In this document: in pieces, positions 1 to 8,563 of the stretch
Position numbering within the stretch: position 1 is the stretch's first letter
Layout: every line of letters starts with the position of its first letter
Assembly: GCA_964393265.1 (NCBI GenBank)
Contig: CAYMTC010000001.1
Span: forward strand, 1 to 24,811
Direction: 5' to 3'
DNA from: an uncultured Thermoleophilia bacterium
GTDB lineage: Bacteria; Actinomycetota; Thermoleophilia; UBA2241
Length of the DNA stretch: 24,811 nucleotides
Program-made: the position numbers and the translations under genes
The notes under the pieces: model-generated
The model's database searches: none
Told to the model about the DNA's origin: nothing
The model's input: only the letters and a program-made list of their open reading frames with translations

Positions 1-1932
1 CCCCTCTTCAAGCAGTTCGGCTCAAAGGCCTTGGACGGCCACCCCACACCGGCCACGCCGTTCGTGAGACTCTCCACCGGCGCCTCGGGCGTGGGCGTGG
101 CCAGCTCGCTGGGCCTCGCCTTCGGCGCCCGCGACCGCTTCGGCGCCGACGCCCCACGCGTCCACATCTCAGAGGGCGAGGGCGGCCTCACTCCGGGTCG
201 CGTCGTCGAGGCGCTCGCCGCTGCGGGTACCGCGTCGCTGTCGAACGCCATCCTCCACCTCGACTGGAACCAGGCGTCCATCGACAGCAACCATGTCTGC
301 CGTGAGGGCGACGTGCCCGGCGACTACGTGCAGTGGGATCCCAAGGAGTTGTTCTTCCTGCACGACTGGAACGTCATCTACGTCCCCGACGGCCACGACT
401 TCCAGCAGGTGGTCGCCGCACAGCGGCAGGCGCTGTCCCTGCAGAACAGTCAGCCCACCGCCATCGTGTACCGCACCCAGAAGGGGTGGCACTACGGCAT
501 CGAGGGCAAGGCGTCGCACGGCGCCGGGCACAAGCTGTGCTCAGAGGGCTTCTACGAGGCGCTCACCCCGCTCACAGGCGGCGAGCCGCTGCTGCCCACA
601 TGCCCGGCCGGCGAGCAGCGCTGCGAGGGCGGCAAGAAGAAAGAGGTCATCGAGGAGTGCTTCTGGCACGCTCTGGAACTCGTCCGGCACACTGTCGCCG
701 ACGACACCGACACCGCCGCGGCTATGGCTGCCCGCCTCACGGCGTCCAAGGAGCGGCTCGCGGCACGCGGTCGCGCACCGAGAGCCGGCGCGCCCAACGT
801 TGAGGCTGTGTACACGACCGCGGCGGCCGGTGCCACCCAGACCCCGCAAGAGCTGGCCCTCACGCCTGGCTCGTCCACCACGCTGCGCCAGGCGCTTGCT
901 GACGCTCTCCACCACCTCAACCAGGCATCCAACGGCGCCTTCCTCACCGCGTCAGCCGACCTGCTCGGCTCCACCAGCGTCAACACCATCGCCAAGGGCT
1001 TCCCGGACGGCTACTGGAACGCCGCCACCAACCCCGAGGCTCGGCTTCTCTCGGTGGGCGGCATCTGCGAGGACGCCATCGCCGGCGTCCTGTCAGGCCT
1101 CACCTCCTACGGCCACAACATCGGTGTGGGATCCAGCTACGGCGCCTTCATCGCGGCTCTGGGCCACGTCGCCGGGCGTCTGCACTGCATCGGCGCACAA
1201 GCCAAGGCTTCGGTCACCGGCGCGCCGTACAAGCCCATGGTGCTCGTCTGCGGTCACGCCGGCCTCAAGACGGGCGAGGACGGGCCTACTCACGCCGATC
1301 CTCAGGCGCTCCAGTTGGTCCAGGAGAACTTCCCCGATGACACGGCCATCTCCCTCACGCCGTGGGAGCCGCAGGAGATCTGGACGCTGGTGGCAGCGGC
1401 TTTCGCCGCCCGGCCAGCGCTGATCTCAGCGTTCGTCACACGGCCCAACGAGATGGTCCTCGACAGGGCCGCGTTGGGCCTGGCCGCGCCCGAGGCCGCG
1501 GCCGAGGGTCTGTATGTCTTGCGCGCTGCGCAGGGAACCCCCGACCTCACCATCGTCATCCAGGAGAGCGCGGTCGCCTACGCCTTCGTCCAGGAGACCA
1601 TGCCGCTGCTGGCCGACGCTGGTATCGACCCGCTCGTGTACTACGTCGCCAGTGCCGAGCTCTTCGACAGGCTGCCGGCTACGCGCCAGGCGCAGATCTT
1701 CCCTGCCGAGCGCGCCCAGGAAGCCCTGGGCATCACCGGCTTCACCCTCCCGACGCTGTACCGGTGGGTCCGCTCCGAGGCCGGCCTCCAGGCCTCTCTG
1801 CACCCGTACAAGAAGGGCCACTTCCTGGGCAGCGGACAGGGAGACATGGTGCTCGCCGAAGCCGGACTGGACGGCGTCGGCCAGATGGCCGCCATCAAGG
1901 GCTACCTGGATCTGCGCGCCCGCACACGGTGA
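1..1932 (+). CDS. tkt: Transketolase-family protein (5'-truncated by window edge)
   Basis: Frame 1 is open from base 1 (PLFKQFGSKALDGHPTP...). Transketolase motifs DGHP, TGxxGxG, SHG, GICED and GEDGPTH are present. The ThDP-binding motif reads GEG-x28-N instead of GDG-x28-N. Confidence 0.85.
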   Translation, partial: PLFKQFGSKALDGHPTPATPFVRLSTGASGVGVASSLGLAFGARDRFGADAPRVHISEGEGGLTPGRVVEALAAAGTASLSNAILHLDWNQASIDSNHVCREGDVPGDYVQWDPKELFFLHDWNVIYVPDGHDFQQVVAAQRQALSLQNSQPTAIVYRTQKGWHYGIEGKASHGAGHKLCSEGFYEALTPLTGGEPLLPTCPAGEQRCEGGKKKEVIEECFWHALELVRHTVADDTDTAAAMAARLTASKERLAARGRAPRAGAPNVEAVYTTAAAGATQTPQELALTPGSSTTLRQALADALHHLNQASNGAFLTASADLLGSTSVNTIAKGFPDGYWNAATNPEARLLSVGGICEDAIAGVLSGLTSYGHNIGVGSSYGAFIAALGHVAGRLHCIGAQAKASVTGAPYKPMVLVCGHAGLKTGEDGPTHADPQALQLVQENFPDDTAISLTPWEPQEIWTLVAAAFAARPALISAFVTRPNEMVLDRAALGLAAPEAAAEGLYVLRAAQGTPDLTIVIQESAVAYAFVQETMPLLADAGIDPLVYYVASAELFDRLPATRQAQIFPAERAQEALGITGFTLPTLYRWVRSEAGLQASLHPYKKGHFLGSGQGDMVLAEAGLDGVGQMAAIKGYLDLRARTR

Positions 1933-2024
1933 CCACGACGTCGCCGCGGAGGCCGGCAGCGGGCGGCTCCCAACGTGTACGCCCGCTCTTGCCTAGCCCA
2001 CGACGGTGACCAGAGACACACTGA

Positions 2025-2061
2025 GAGCGAGGGGGCGGTCCTACGGACCGCCCCCTCGCTC
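2025..2061. terminator. Perfect 17-bp hairpin between convergent genes (likely bidirectional terminator)
   Basis: GAGCGAGGGGGCGGTCC-TAC-GGACCGCCCCCTCGCTC, between the tkt stop (1932) and the convergent membrane-protein stop (2166). No U-tract, which is common in high-GC Actinomycetota. Confidence 0.7.
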
Positions 2062-2165
2062 CATGAGCCCACCAGCGTCGGCCTTTGGCGTCACGAGCGC
2101 CGACCGCTCGCCTCACCTTCGTTGGACGTTCGCTTGGCCAGGTCCAAGCCTTGGCCTCACCGTCG

Positions 2166-2579
2166 TCAAGCCTTGGCAGTCTCGGCACACGCCCGGACAC
2201 GGGACTCTGTCACAGTCGCCCACGCACCCAGTGCAGCGATGATGAGTCCGGCGATGAAGCAGGTGGGCTGCATCCAGCTGACGTAGCCGATGATCGCGAC
2301 CTGCACGATGATCCACACGACCAGGACCGAGCCCGCCAGCACGGAAAGACGCGGCGCGATACGCAGACGCAGGAGCCAGGCGGCTGTGGCCAGCACCATG
2401 CTGCCACCGACTGCTACCAGCAGGATCAAGCTGGGGATGATATAGCTCTTGAACGGCGTGCCGGCGAGCCAGCTAGGATCCACGCCCTCGGCTCCAGAGA
2501 GGCCGTAGAAGGCTCCACCGATGGCGTTCAGCAGGAGCACGAGTTGTAGGACGATGAGAGCGGTCTTGCGAGCCTTCAT
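2166..2579 (-). CDS. Small multi-pass (about 4 TM) membrane protein, function unknown
   Basis: ATG at 2579 preceded by GGAG; 137 aa with four hydrophobic segments (MKARKTALIVLQLVLLLNAIGG...); divergent from the TetR gene. Confidence 0.8.
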   Translation of the reverse strand: MKARKTALIVLQLVLLLNAIGGAFYGLSGAEGVDPSWLAGTPFKSYIIPSLILLVAVGGSMVLATAAWLLRLRIAPRLSVLAGSVLVVWIIVQVAIIGYVSWMQPTCFIAGLIIAALGAWATVTESRVRACAETAKA

Positions 2580-2675
2580 GCAGTCTCCTTCCATCTGCCC
2601 ACCTGGACGATCCCAGGAGGCTTTCCCTCGCTGATCCCTTGCGCCCGGCCGCGCCGTTCGCTAGAGTGGTTCGTG

Positions 2676-2728
2676 AAACGTCGTTACCGTCACTAAGTGA
2701 CCGTAATGCTGATACCGTAACGACGTTT
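2676..2728. promoter_or_regulatory. Palindromic operator region (probable TetR-family sites)
   Basis: 23-bp palindrome TTACCGTCACT-A-AGTGACCGTAA (2684-2706, one mismatched pair), plus a perfect 12-bp inverted pair AAACGTCGTTAC (2676-2687) / GTAACGACGTTT (2717-2728) whose right arm overlaps the -10 box and spacer. Confidence 0.6.
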
Positions 2729-2742
2729 ACATACCGTGTCAA
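2714..2742 (-). promoter_or_regulatory. Sigma70-type promoter for the membrane-protein gene
   Basis: Minus strand TTGACA (2742-2737), 17-nt spacer, TACGGT (2719-2714, TAnnnT). Confidence 0.65.
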
Positions 2743-2769
2743 GCGCCACTTCTCCTCGAAGGGAGTCGC

Positions 2770-3420
2770 ATGGGACATAAGACCTCGAAGAGACGAGACG
2801 CGCCGGTGACCGCGGAGAGCGTCATCGACACAGCGGTGCGTCTCATCGACGAGGAGGGTCTAGAGGCCCTCACTATGCGGCGCCTCGCCAAAGAGCTCGG
2901 GGTCGAGCCGGTGACCGTGTACCGACAGTTGCCGAACAAGGAGGCTATCCTCGCCGGCGTGGCAGAACGCCTTTGGGCTCAGGGGCCACGGGCCAAGGTG
3001 GCGCTACCGGCCGACGCGACGCCGGGAGACTGGCGGAATGAGATCCGCGCGATGTGGCTGGGGCTACATGCGCTGATGCAGGAGCATCCTAACGCCATCC
3101 CGATCCTGGCAAAGGGCAGCACGTACTCTGGCTCGGCGGGGGCCGGCACACTGACCATGGCCCGCATCTTCAACGAAGCCGGGCTGTCACCCGACGAGGC
3201 GGCGGAGCTGCTCCACATCATCGGCGCGTGTGTGGTGGGCTTCGGGTTCGCCACACTCTGGACGCGTCAGGTCACCGGCGGAGCGCGACCCGAGGCGCCA
3301 GCGGGAGAGGTGACCGCGCCATCGCCAGAGTTGGCGCCGTACCTGGCCAGAATGGCAGACTGGGACCCGCGACAGTTGCCGCGCGCACTTGACCTGATAT
3401 TGGGCGCTTTCGACGCCTGA
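2770..3420 (+). CDS. TetR/AcrR-family transcriptional regulator (TetR_C-like C-terminal domain)
   Basis: N-terminal HTH (VIDTAVRLIDEEGLEALTMRRLAKELGVEPVTVYRQLPNKEAIL); SD AAGGGAG upstream. Confidence 0.92.
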   Translation: MGHKTSKRRDAPVTAESVIDTAVRLIDEEGLEALTMRRLAKELGVEPVTVYRQLPNKEAILAGVAERLWAQGPRAKVALPADATPGDWRNEIRAMWLGLHALMQEHPNAIPILAKGSTYSGSAGAGTLTMARIFNEAGLSPDEAAELLHIIGACVVGFGFATLWTRQVTGGARPEAPAGEVTAPSPELAPYLARMADWDPRQLPRALDLILGAFDA

Positions 3421-3627
3421 GTCTGTGGCGCCGCCTAGCGGCAACCCCTGGGCGAGCGCCCACGTGTGGCCGCCCATACTCCTGGGAAGAACGTGGACAG
3501 ATACAGTCCACTCTGTCGCTCAGACTTCTGCGGCACGAGTGCCCGGCGAGAGGCGATCATTGCGCACACCGGCGACCTCGGCAGACAGGCCGCAGATGGA
3601 CTGAGCGCTCGTCAGGGAGGTGACGAC

Positions 3628-4806
3628 ATGACGGGCGGCATCCGTGTGGCGCGCATCCTTGGCTTCGACATCTCCATCCACCCGTCGTGGTTCATCATCC
3701 TGGCTCTCGTCGTGTGGTCGTTGGCAGCAGGTACGCTGCCGGCGCTCTACGCCGACTGGAGTCAGGCCACCTACTGGATGGTAGCTGTCGTGGCCGCCCT
3801 GCTGCTGTTCGCATCCGTGTTGGTCCACGAGTTAGCCCACTCGGTAGTGGCCCGTAGGCAGGGCACTCCTGTGGCAGGTATCACGCTGTTCCTCTTGGGC
3901 GGCGTGGCAAGTCTGGAGCGCGAGGCGACCAGCCCTGGCCGCGAGGCTGTCATGGCAGGCGTGGGACCGCTCACCAGCCTCGTGCTGGGCGGTGCCTTCT
4001 GGGGCATCGGGCAGACGATCAGTGGGCCGGAGGTCGTGCGTGCTGTCCTGCTCTACCTGGGGCTCATCAACGCCATGCTGGCCGCGTTCAACTTGCTCCC
4101 CGCCTTCCCTCTCGACGGCGGGCGCGTCTTCCGCGCGGCGCTCTGGAGTTGGAAGAGGGACTACCTGGCGGCCACGCGCATCGCCACTCGGGTCACCCTG
4201 GTCATAGGGTCGGGATTCATCGCCTACGCGGCGTTCAGCTTCCTGTGGACTGGCTTGCTGGGTGGCCTCTGGATCGGCTTCATCGGGTTCATGCTCATGC
4301 AGACCGCACGAGGCTCCTACCGACAGACGCTGGTGCAGCAACGCCTCGATGGCGTCCCAGTGACCAGAGTCATGACGACGCCGGCGACCTGGGTGGCGCC
4401 TGGTACCAGCCTGCGGCGTGCCGGCGAACGGCTGGCCGACGCTGAGATCCCTTGCCTGCCGGTGGGCCAAGCGGACGAGGGCCTGGCCGGCGTCGTCTGC
4501 CTCACCGATCTGGAGCGACCGCTGCCGGACGGCGTGGGCTCCGTGAGCCCGGCACGCCGCGCTGTAGCCGACGTCATGACCACTACGGAGCACATGCCGA
4601 TCGTCTCGCCCCACGACTCAGCTGCCGAGGCGCTGCGCAGGATGACCGGTGCGCAGAGCGACCGTGCCGCGGTGCTAGACGGACGGGCCCTCGTGGGCAT
4701 GGTGGACCGCGGCACGCTGCTGCGCTACCTCCGTGAGACGTCGCAGCGCGAGGATGCGAGCTCTTCTCGCGACTCGCATCGAGAGACGCAACGGCGGGCC
4801 GCCTGA
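3628..4806 (+). CDS. Site-2 protease (M50 zinc metalloprotease) with two C-terminal CBS domains
   Basis: HELAH zinc motif, NLLPAFPLDGG motif, TM helices, CBS-like C-terminus (VTRVMT..., VADVMT...). ATG 3628 follows GGAGG; the ORF-track start at 3466 is not supported. Confidence 0.9.
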   Translation: MTGGIRVARILGFDISIHPSWFIILALVVWSLAAGTLPALYADWSQATYWMVAVVAALLLFASVLVHELAHSVVARRQGTPVAGITLFLLGGVASLEREATSPGREAVMAGVGPLTSLVLGGAFWGIGQTISGPEVVRAVLLYLGLINAMLAAFNLLPAFPLDGGRVFRAALWSWKRDYLAATRIATRVTLVIGSGFIAYAAFSFLWTGLLGGLWIGFIGFMLMQTARGSYRQTLVQQRLDGVPVTRVMTTPATWVAPGTSLRRAGERLADAEIPCLPVGQADEGLAGVVCLTDLERPLPDGVGSVSPARRAVADVMTTTEHMPIVSPHDSAAEALRRMTGAQSDRAAVLDGRALVGMVDRGTLLRYLRETSQREDASSSRDSHRETQRRAA

Positions 4807-4818
4807 CACCTGGACGCA

Positions 4819-4842
4819 GTGAGCCGGCGTCCGCCGGCTCAC
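4819..4842. terminator. Hairpin between convergent genes
   Basis: GTGAGCCGGCG-TC-CGCCGGCTCAC; overlaps the stop codon of the RCC1 gene. Confidence 0.65.
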
Positions 4843-6695
4843 CTCACTCGCAAGTACCTCCAGCTGGCCGTCGTCTGCTTGTTGCCCGCCAGGTCCGTGG
4901 CAGCCACGTACCACTTGTAGGTGCCCCGTGGAAGCGTGCAGGCGAAGCGCCAGGTGAGGTTCTTGTCAGACGCGGCCTTGGCGATCGTGGTGCGCGGTCC
5001 GACTACCTTGCCCTTAGCATCGCGGATGGTGATGCGGACCTTGCAGGTGGGACTTATGTCGTTGATGCGATAGCGGAGCGCCGCGCGTGCGCCGCTTCGC
5101 ACCGTGACGTTGTCCAGTGCACTGGGCACGGGCCGGTGCGTGTCGATGCGTACGCTAATGCGTCTGGCGTGCTCCACGTTGCCGGCGACGTCGACCGAGT
5201 AGTAGTAGTACGTGCTGATGCCCTGGTACCATTCCGCGTCCAGGAACATGTGGCCAGTCGGTCGCCACGAGGTCGCTGGGGGGCTTACCGTGTACGTAGC
5301 CTGGATGGTGTTGCGCTCGTCCCTAGCCTGGAACGCCACGATCAGAGCCCTCGCGCTCGGGTTCTCGGGGTTCTTCAGCCGCGAGGGTCCGTTCCACCCG
5401 TTGGCGTTCGGCGCCGGATCAAGTACCACGGTCGTGACCGGAGGAGTCATGTCGCCGGCGACCACGTTCGTCTCCTGGAAGGTGCTGCGCCAGACTCCCT
5501 TGGCAAGGTTCACGCCGAGCTGGCCCCACTCGTTGGTACCACACGTGTACACGCCGCCGAGACGCTCCATGGCGACTGTGTACCAGCCGCCGGCACTCGC
5601 GACGACCCAGCGCTTGGCCAACGACACTCGGCGCGGCGCGCGGCGCTGAGCGGTACTGCCGATGCCCAGCTGACCACACTGGTTACGACCCCACGCCCAC
5701 AGGCTGCCGTCACGTCGTGTGGCCACGCTGTGCCGCCACGCCGCGCCCACGGTGGTCCACGTCGTCAGCTTGCCGACGCGCTTGGGCGTGACTCGCAGCG
5801 CCGTGTCGCCCAAGCCGAGCTGTCCGTTGCTGTTGGCACCCCACGACCACAGGGTGCCGTCGCGTCGCACCGCGAGGGTGTGGTATGAACCCAGCGCGAC
5901 CTCGACCCAGGCCTTGTTCCATGACGGGACCGCGCCGACACGTGTGGGGACAAGACGGTCTCTGCGATCCCCCACTCCGAGTTGCCCATAGCTGTTCGCA
6001 CCCCATGCCCACAGGCTGCCGTCCGCGCGAACGGCGACGCTGTGGTCGGCCACGCCTTGGCCGAGAGACCGCCAGCTCGTGGAGCCGCCCACCTGTCGGG
6101 GGTAGTCTGACTCGAGCTTGTTCCCGTACCCCAACTGTCCACGATGGTTGCGGCCCCACGACCAGAGCGACCCGTCCTCCGCCAAGGCCAGACTGTGCTG
6201 GTAGCCAGCGAGCACTGCCACCCAGTCGCTTCGGGTGCCCACGCGCGTCGGCTTGTTCCTGTTGGCCCGGTCCCCGAGACCAAGCTGACCGTAGTAGTTG
6301 GCGCCCCAGGCCCACAGACTGCCGTCGCGGCGTATGGCGAGGCTGTGTCCCCAACCTGCGGAAACGGCCGCCCACTTGTGCGCCGTATCGACGTACTGGG
6401 GGTAGGGAACGTAGCGATCGCCGATACCCAGACCGAGCTTCCCACAGTCGTTGCTGCCCCACGACTGCAACTGACCACCGTGGTCGATGGCCAGCACGTG
6501 GTGATCGCCGGCGTCAAGGGTGAGCGGTCCGGGCGCCGCATCTACGGTATCGGGCAGCGCCATCGTCGTGAGCCCCACCAGCATCAGAGCAGCAGCTGCT
6601 AGCGCTGTCAAGCCGGCTGCGGCTGGTCTGGAACGCCGTGCCGGCGCATGACGGACCACCGGCTGCGGCCCAGCCGATCGAATCGGCGTCGGCAT
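4839..6695 (-). CDS. Exported RCC1-repeat (7-bladed beta-propeller) protein with C-terminal Ig-like domain(s)
   Basis: Seven GxLWxWGxNxxGQLGxG repeats; N-terminal signal peptide (RRSRP + hydrophobic stretch + VDA-AP); beta-rich C-terminus ending GTYKWYVAATDLAGN. Start 6695 has GGAG upstream; alternative ATG at 6731. Confidence 0.88.
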   Translation of the reverse strand: MPTPIRSAGPQPVVRHAPARRSRPAAAGLTALAAAALMLVGLTTMALPDTVDAAPGPLTLDAGDHHVLAIDHGGQLQSWGSNDCGKLGLGIGDRYVPYPQYVDTAHKWAAVSAGWGHSLAIRRDGSLWAWGANYYGQLGLGDRANRNKPTRVGTRSDWVAVLAGYQHSLALAEDGSLWSWGRNHRGQLGYGNKLESDYPRQVGGSTSWRSLGQGVADHSVAVRADGSLWAWGANSYGQLGVGDRRDRLVPTRVGAVPSWNKAWVEVALGSYHTLAVRRDGTLWSWGANSNGQLGLGDTALRVTPKRVGKLTTWTTVGAAWRHSVATRRDGSLWAWGRNQCGQLGIGSTAQRRAPRRVSLAKRWVVASAGGWYTVAMERLGGVYTCGTNEWGQLGVNLAKGVWRSTFQETNVVAGDMTPPVTTVVLDPAPNANGWNGPSRLKNPENPSARALIVAFQARDERNTIQATYTVSPPATSWRPTGHMFLDAEWYQGISTYYYYSVDVAGNVEHARRISVRIDTHRPVPSALDNVTVRSGARAALRYRINDISPTCKVRITIRDAKGKVVGPRTTIAKAASDKNLTWRFACTLPRGTYKWYVAATDLAGNKQTTASWRYLRVR

Positions 6696-6797
6696 CGTTC
6701 TCCGCGCCACAATGGCACGCCCGACCGACATGACACCCTCCCCCCAAGAGGCCCACCATGGCTGTCCCATGGCACAGCACGCTCTCTTACCTATGTC

Positions 6798-6806
6798 ATG
6801 CTACCA
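6798..6806 (-). promoter_or_regulatory. Possible extended -10 promoter for the RCC1 gene
   Basis: Minus strand TGG-TAGCAT (TGn-TAnnnT); no clear -35 box. Confidence 0.3.
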
Positions 6807-7028
6807 ATGGCGTGCCACAATGACCAGGGAGAAGCTCCACCAAGTCATGCGGCAACCCCTGCCGCGTCCGGTGATAGGCAGACTCACCAAGCAGGACGGC
6901 TGTGCACTGCCGCCCCCTGAAGCAGCTCTCGGACATGCTCGCCAGCTTGGCGCGGCTGGCAGCACCCTCAAGCGCGCCAGCTCTCATGACGGCCGGAGTG
7001 CGGGACACGCGTGCGTCGGCCGGCCGGA

Positions 7029-7604
7029 TCAGTAGTTGTCGGCGTACAGCTCCTGGTACGCCTGCGGGTGCTTGCAGGCGGGACACACGCTCAGCGCCTT
7101 GGGCCCCTCGTGGACGTACCCGCACTTACGGCACATCCACATGCGCTTCTCTGGTCGCTCGAAGACCAGCCCGTGCTCGAGGTTCTCGAGCAGCTTGCGG
7201 TAGCGTCTCTCGTGCCACGACTCGGCCTTGGCTATCTGACGGAAGGTGTTGGCCACGTCCTTGAACCCCTCCTTCTCCGCCACATCGGCGAAGCCGGGGT
7301 ACAGGTCTGTCCACTCCTCGTGCTCGCCCTCAGCCGCTGCCAGCAGGTGCTGCGCCGTTCCCTCGATCTTGCCGGCCGGATAGCTCGCCGTGATCTCGAC
7401 CATGCCTCCTTCCAGATGCCTGAAGAACATCTTGGCATGCTGGAGCTCATGCTCGGCTGTCTCGAGGAAGATGGCGGCGATCTGCTCGTAGCCCTCCCTC
7501 GCCGCCTCCTTGGCGAAGTAGGTGTAGCGGTTGCGCGCCTGACTCTCGCCCGCAAACGCCTTGAGCAGGTTCTTCTCGGTCTGCGTACCCTTGATCCCCG
7601 CCAT
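7029..7604 (-). CDS. rbr: Rubrerythrin
   Basis: AFAGESQARNRY, ExxH di-iron motifs (ELQH, ESWH), C-terminal rubredoxin CRKC...CPAC; SD AAGGAG before ATG 7604. Confidence 0.96.
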   Translation of the reverse strand: MAGIKGTQTEKNLLKAFAGESQARNRYTYFAKEAAREGYEQIAAIFLETAEHELQHAKMFFRHLEGGMVEITASYPAGKIEGTAQHLLAAAEGEHEEWTDLYPGFADVAEKEGFKDVANTFRQIAKAESWHERRYRKLLENLEHGLVFERPEKRMWMCRKCGYVHEGPKALSVCPACKHPQAYQELYADNY

Positions 7605-7625
7605 GTCCAAGCTCCTTTCGAGAGA

Positions 7626-7645
7626 GCACTGCGCAGTGCACTGTA
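7626..7645 (-). promoter_or_regulatory. Candidate -10 box and palindrome upstream of rbr
   Basis: Minus-strand TACAGT (7645-7640) immediately followed by the perfect 14-bp palindrome GCACTGCGCAGTGC (7626-7639). Confidence 0.35.
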
Positions 7646-7775
7646 CGGTGGCGGGGGAGGAGGACCCGTCGCCGCCGCCAAGCTGTCCAGTCTGTACCGC
7701 GAGAGCGGCGTGTCGAAACGCCTGGCGCCGACCTCGCCTCGCTACAGCCCTCTCGTGACACGCACACAGAGCCGC

Positions 7776-7837
7776 GGGGAGGGCGCTCGCAGCGCTGCCG
7801 CGTACGACGGCCCGGCAGCGACAGCGGCGCCCTCCCC
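7776..7837 (-). terminator. Long GC-rich hairpin downstream of the membrane-protein gene
   Basis: GGGGAGGGCGC (7776-7786) / GCGCCCTCCCC (7827-7837), with inner stem CGCTGCCG (7793-7800) / CGGCAGCG (7813-7820); begins about 10 nt past the stop at 7848. Confidence 0.55.
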
Positions 7838-7847
7838 AGCGCGGTTC

Positions 7848-8450
7848 TCAGGCCTGCTCGACCGACTGCACCCGGCCGTCCGCCACGAAGTAGGCGACAC
7901 CGATGACAGCGATACTCAGTGGGACGGTCACCACCGCGAGCGGCCAACCGATGACTGAGTTGACGACGAGGAGCAGGAGGACGAGGGCCAAGTGCTCCCA
8001 GAAGCCCTTCTCCACGACCAAGTCCTTGCTTGCGCGCATGGCGTCCCCCAGACCCATGTCGCGTTCGACCATGAGTGGGAAGACGTAGACCCAGATAGTC
8101 GCCAGCAAGATCCCGCCGATGATCGTGATCGACGCTAGGCCGATCAGGACCGCCAGCGCCAACGCGGCGCCGACATACGCCCAGAAACGGCCCAGCCCGG
8201 CGAAGACGTCGCCCACCTCGGGGCGTCTGCCGTCGCGGACGCGTGCCACGACCATGCCGTAGAGGCCCGCGTACATCGGCCCCGCCAGGATGCCCAGCGT
8301 GACGACACTGAGCACACCCGCGATAAGCGCAGCGATGAGCAGCGAGCCGACATCCTTGACGAACAGGCGCCAGCCCTGTTTGAAGACCAGCCCCACATCC
8401 AACGCCGACGTACCCGTCAATTCGACCTGCGGTGCCGCCATAGTGCTCAT
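7848..8450 (-). CDS. Integral membrane protein (about 4 TM; uncharacterised, DUF975-like)
   Basis: ATG 8450 after AGGAGG; 200 aa; LDVGLVFKQGWRLF and RPEVGDVFAG patterns with hydrophobic helices. Confidence 0.8.
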   Translation of the reverse strand: MSTMAAPQVELTGTSALDVGLVFKQGWRLFVKDVGSLLIAALIAGVLSVVTLGILAGPMYAGLYGMVVARVRDGRRPEVGDVFAGLGRFWAYVGAALALAVLIGLASITIIGGILLATIWVYVFPLMVERDMGLGDAMRASKDLVVEKGFWEHLALVLLLLVVNSVIGWPLAVVTVPLSIAVIGVAYFVADGRVQSVEQA

Positions 8451-8525
8451 GTCGAGTCTCCTCCTGCTGATGTCCACACGCCGCCGGACGCGTCCTCGCC
8501 GGCGCGCATTGCTCGCACGTGACGA

Positions 8526-8560
8526 TCTGAGCGTGATGCTCTGAGCGTGACGCTCTGAGC
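8526..8560. repeat. 14-bp tandem repeat, 2.5 copies
   Basis: TCTGAGCGTGATGC / TCTGAGCGTGACGC / TCTGAGC in the divergent intergenic region. Confidence 0.8.
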
Positions 8561-8563
8561 TTA

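Noticed and set aside
293-1423. Long alternative-frame and antisense ORFs (e.g. 293-1423, 7447-8721, 8661-9002, 19829-20767, 20845-22212)
   Set aside because: Arg/Pro/Ser-rich or mirror-frame shadows of well-supported genes, expected in high-GC DNA; no motifs and no RBS.
4839-6520. Recurring DNA motifs such as CCCCACGACCA / CCCCAGGCCCA that could suggest a CRISPR array
   Set aside because: They are the coding repeats of RCC1 blades (WxWG) inside an intact ORF, degenerate and not separated by unique spacers.
6706-6822. 9-bp direct repeat GCCACAATG (6706, 6814) and 9-bp inverted repeat TGGCACGCC/GGCGTGCCA
   Set aside because: Too short and too far apart to exceed chance in GC-rich sequence.
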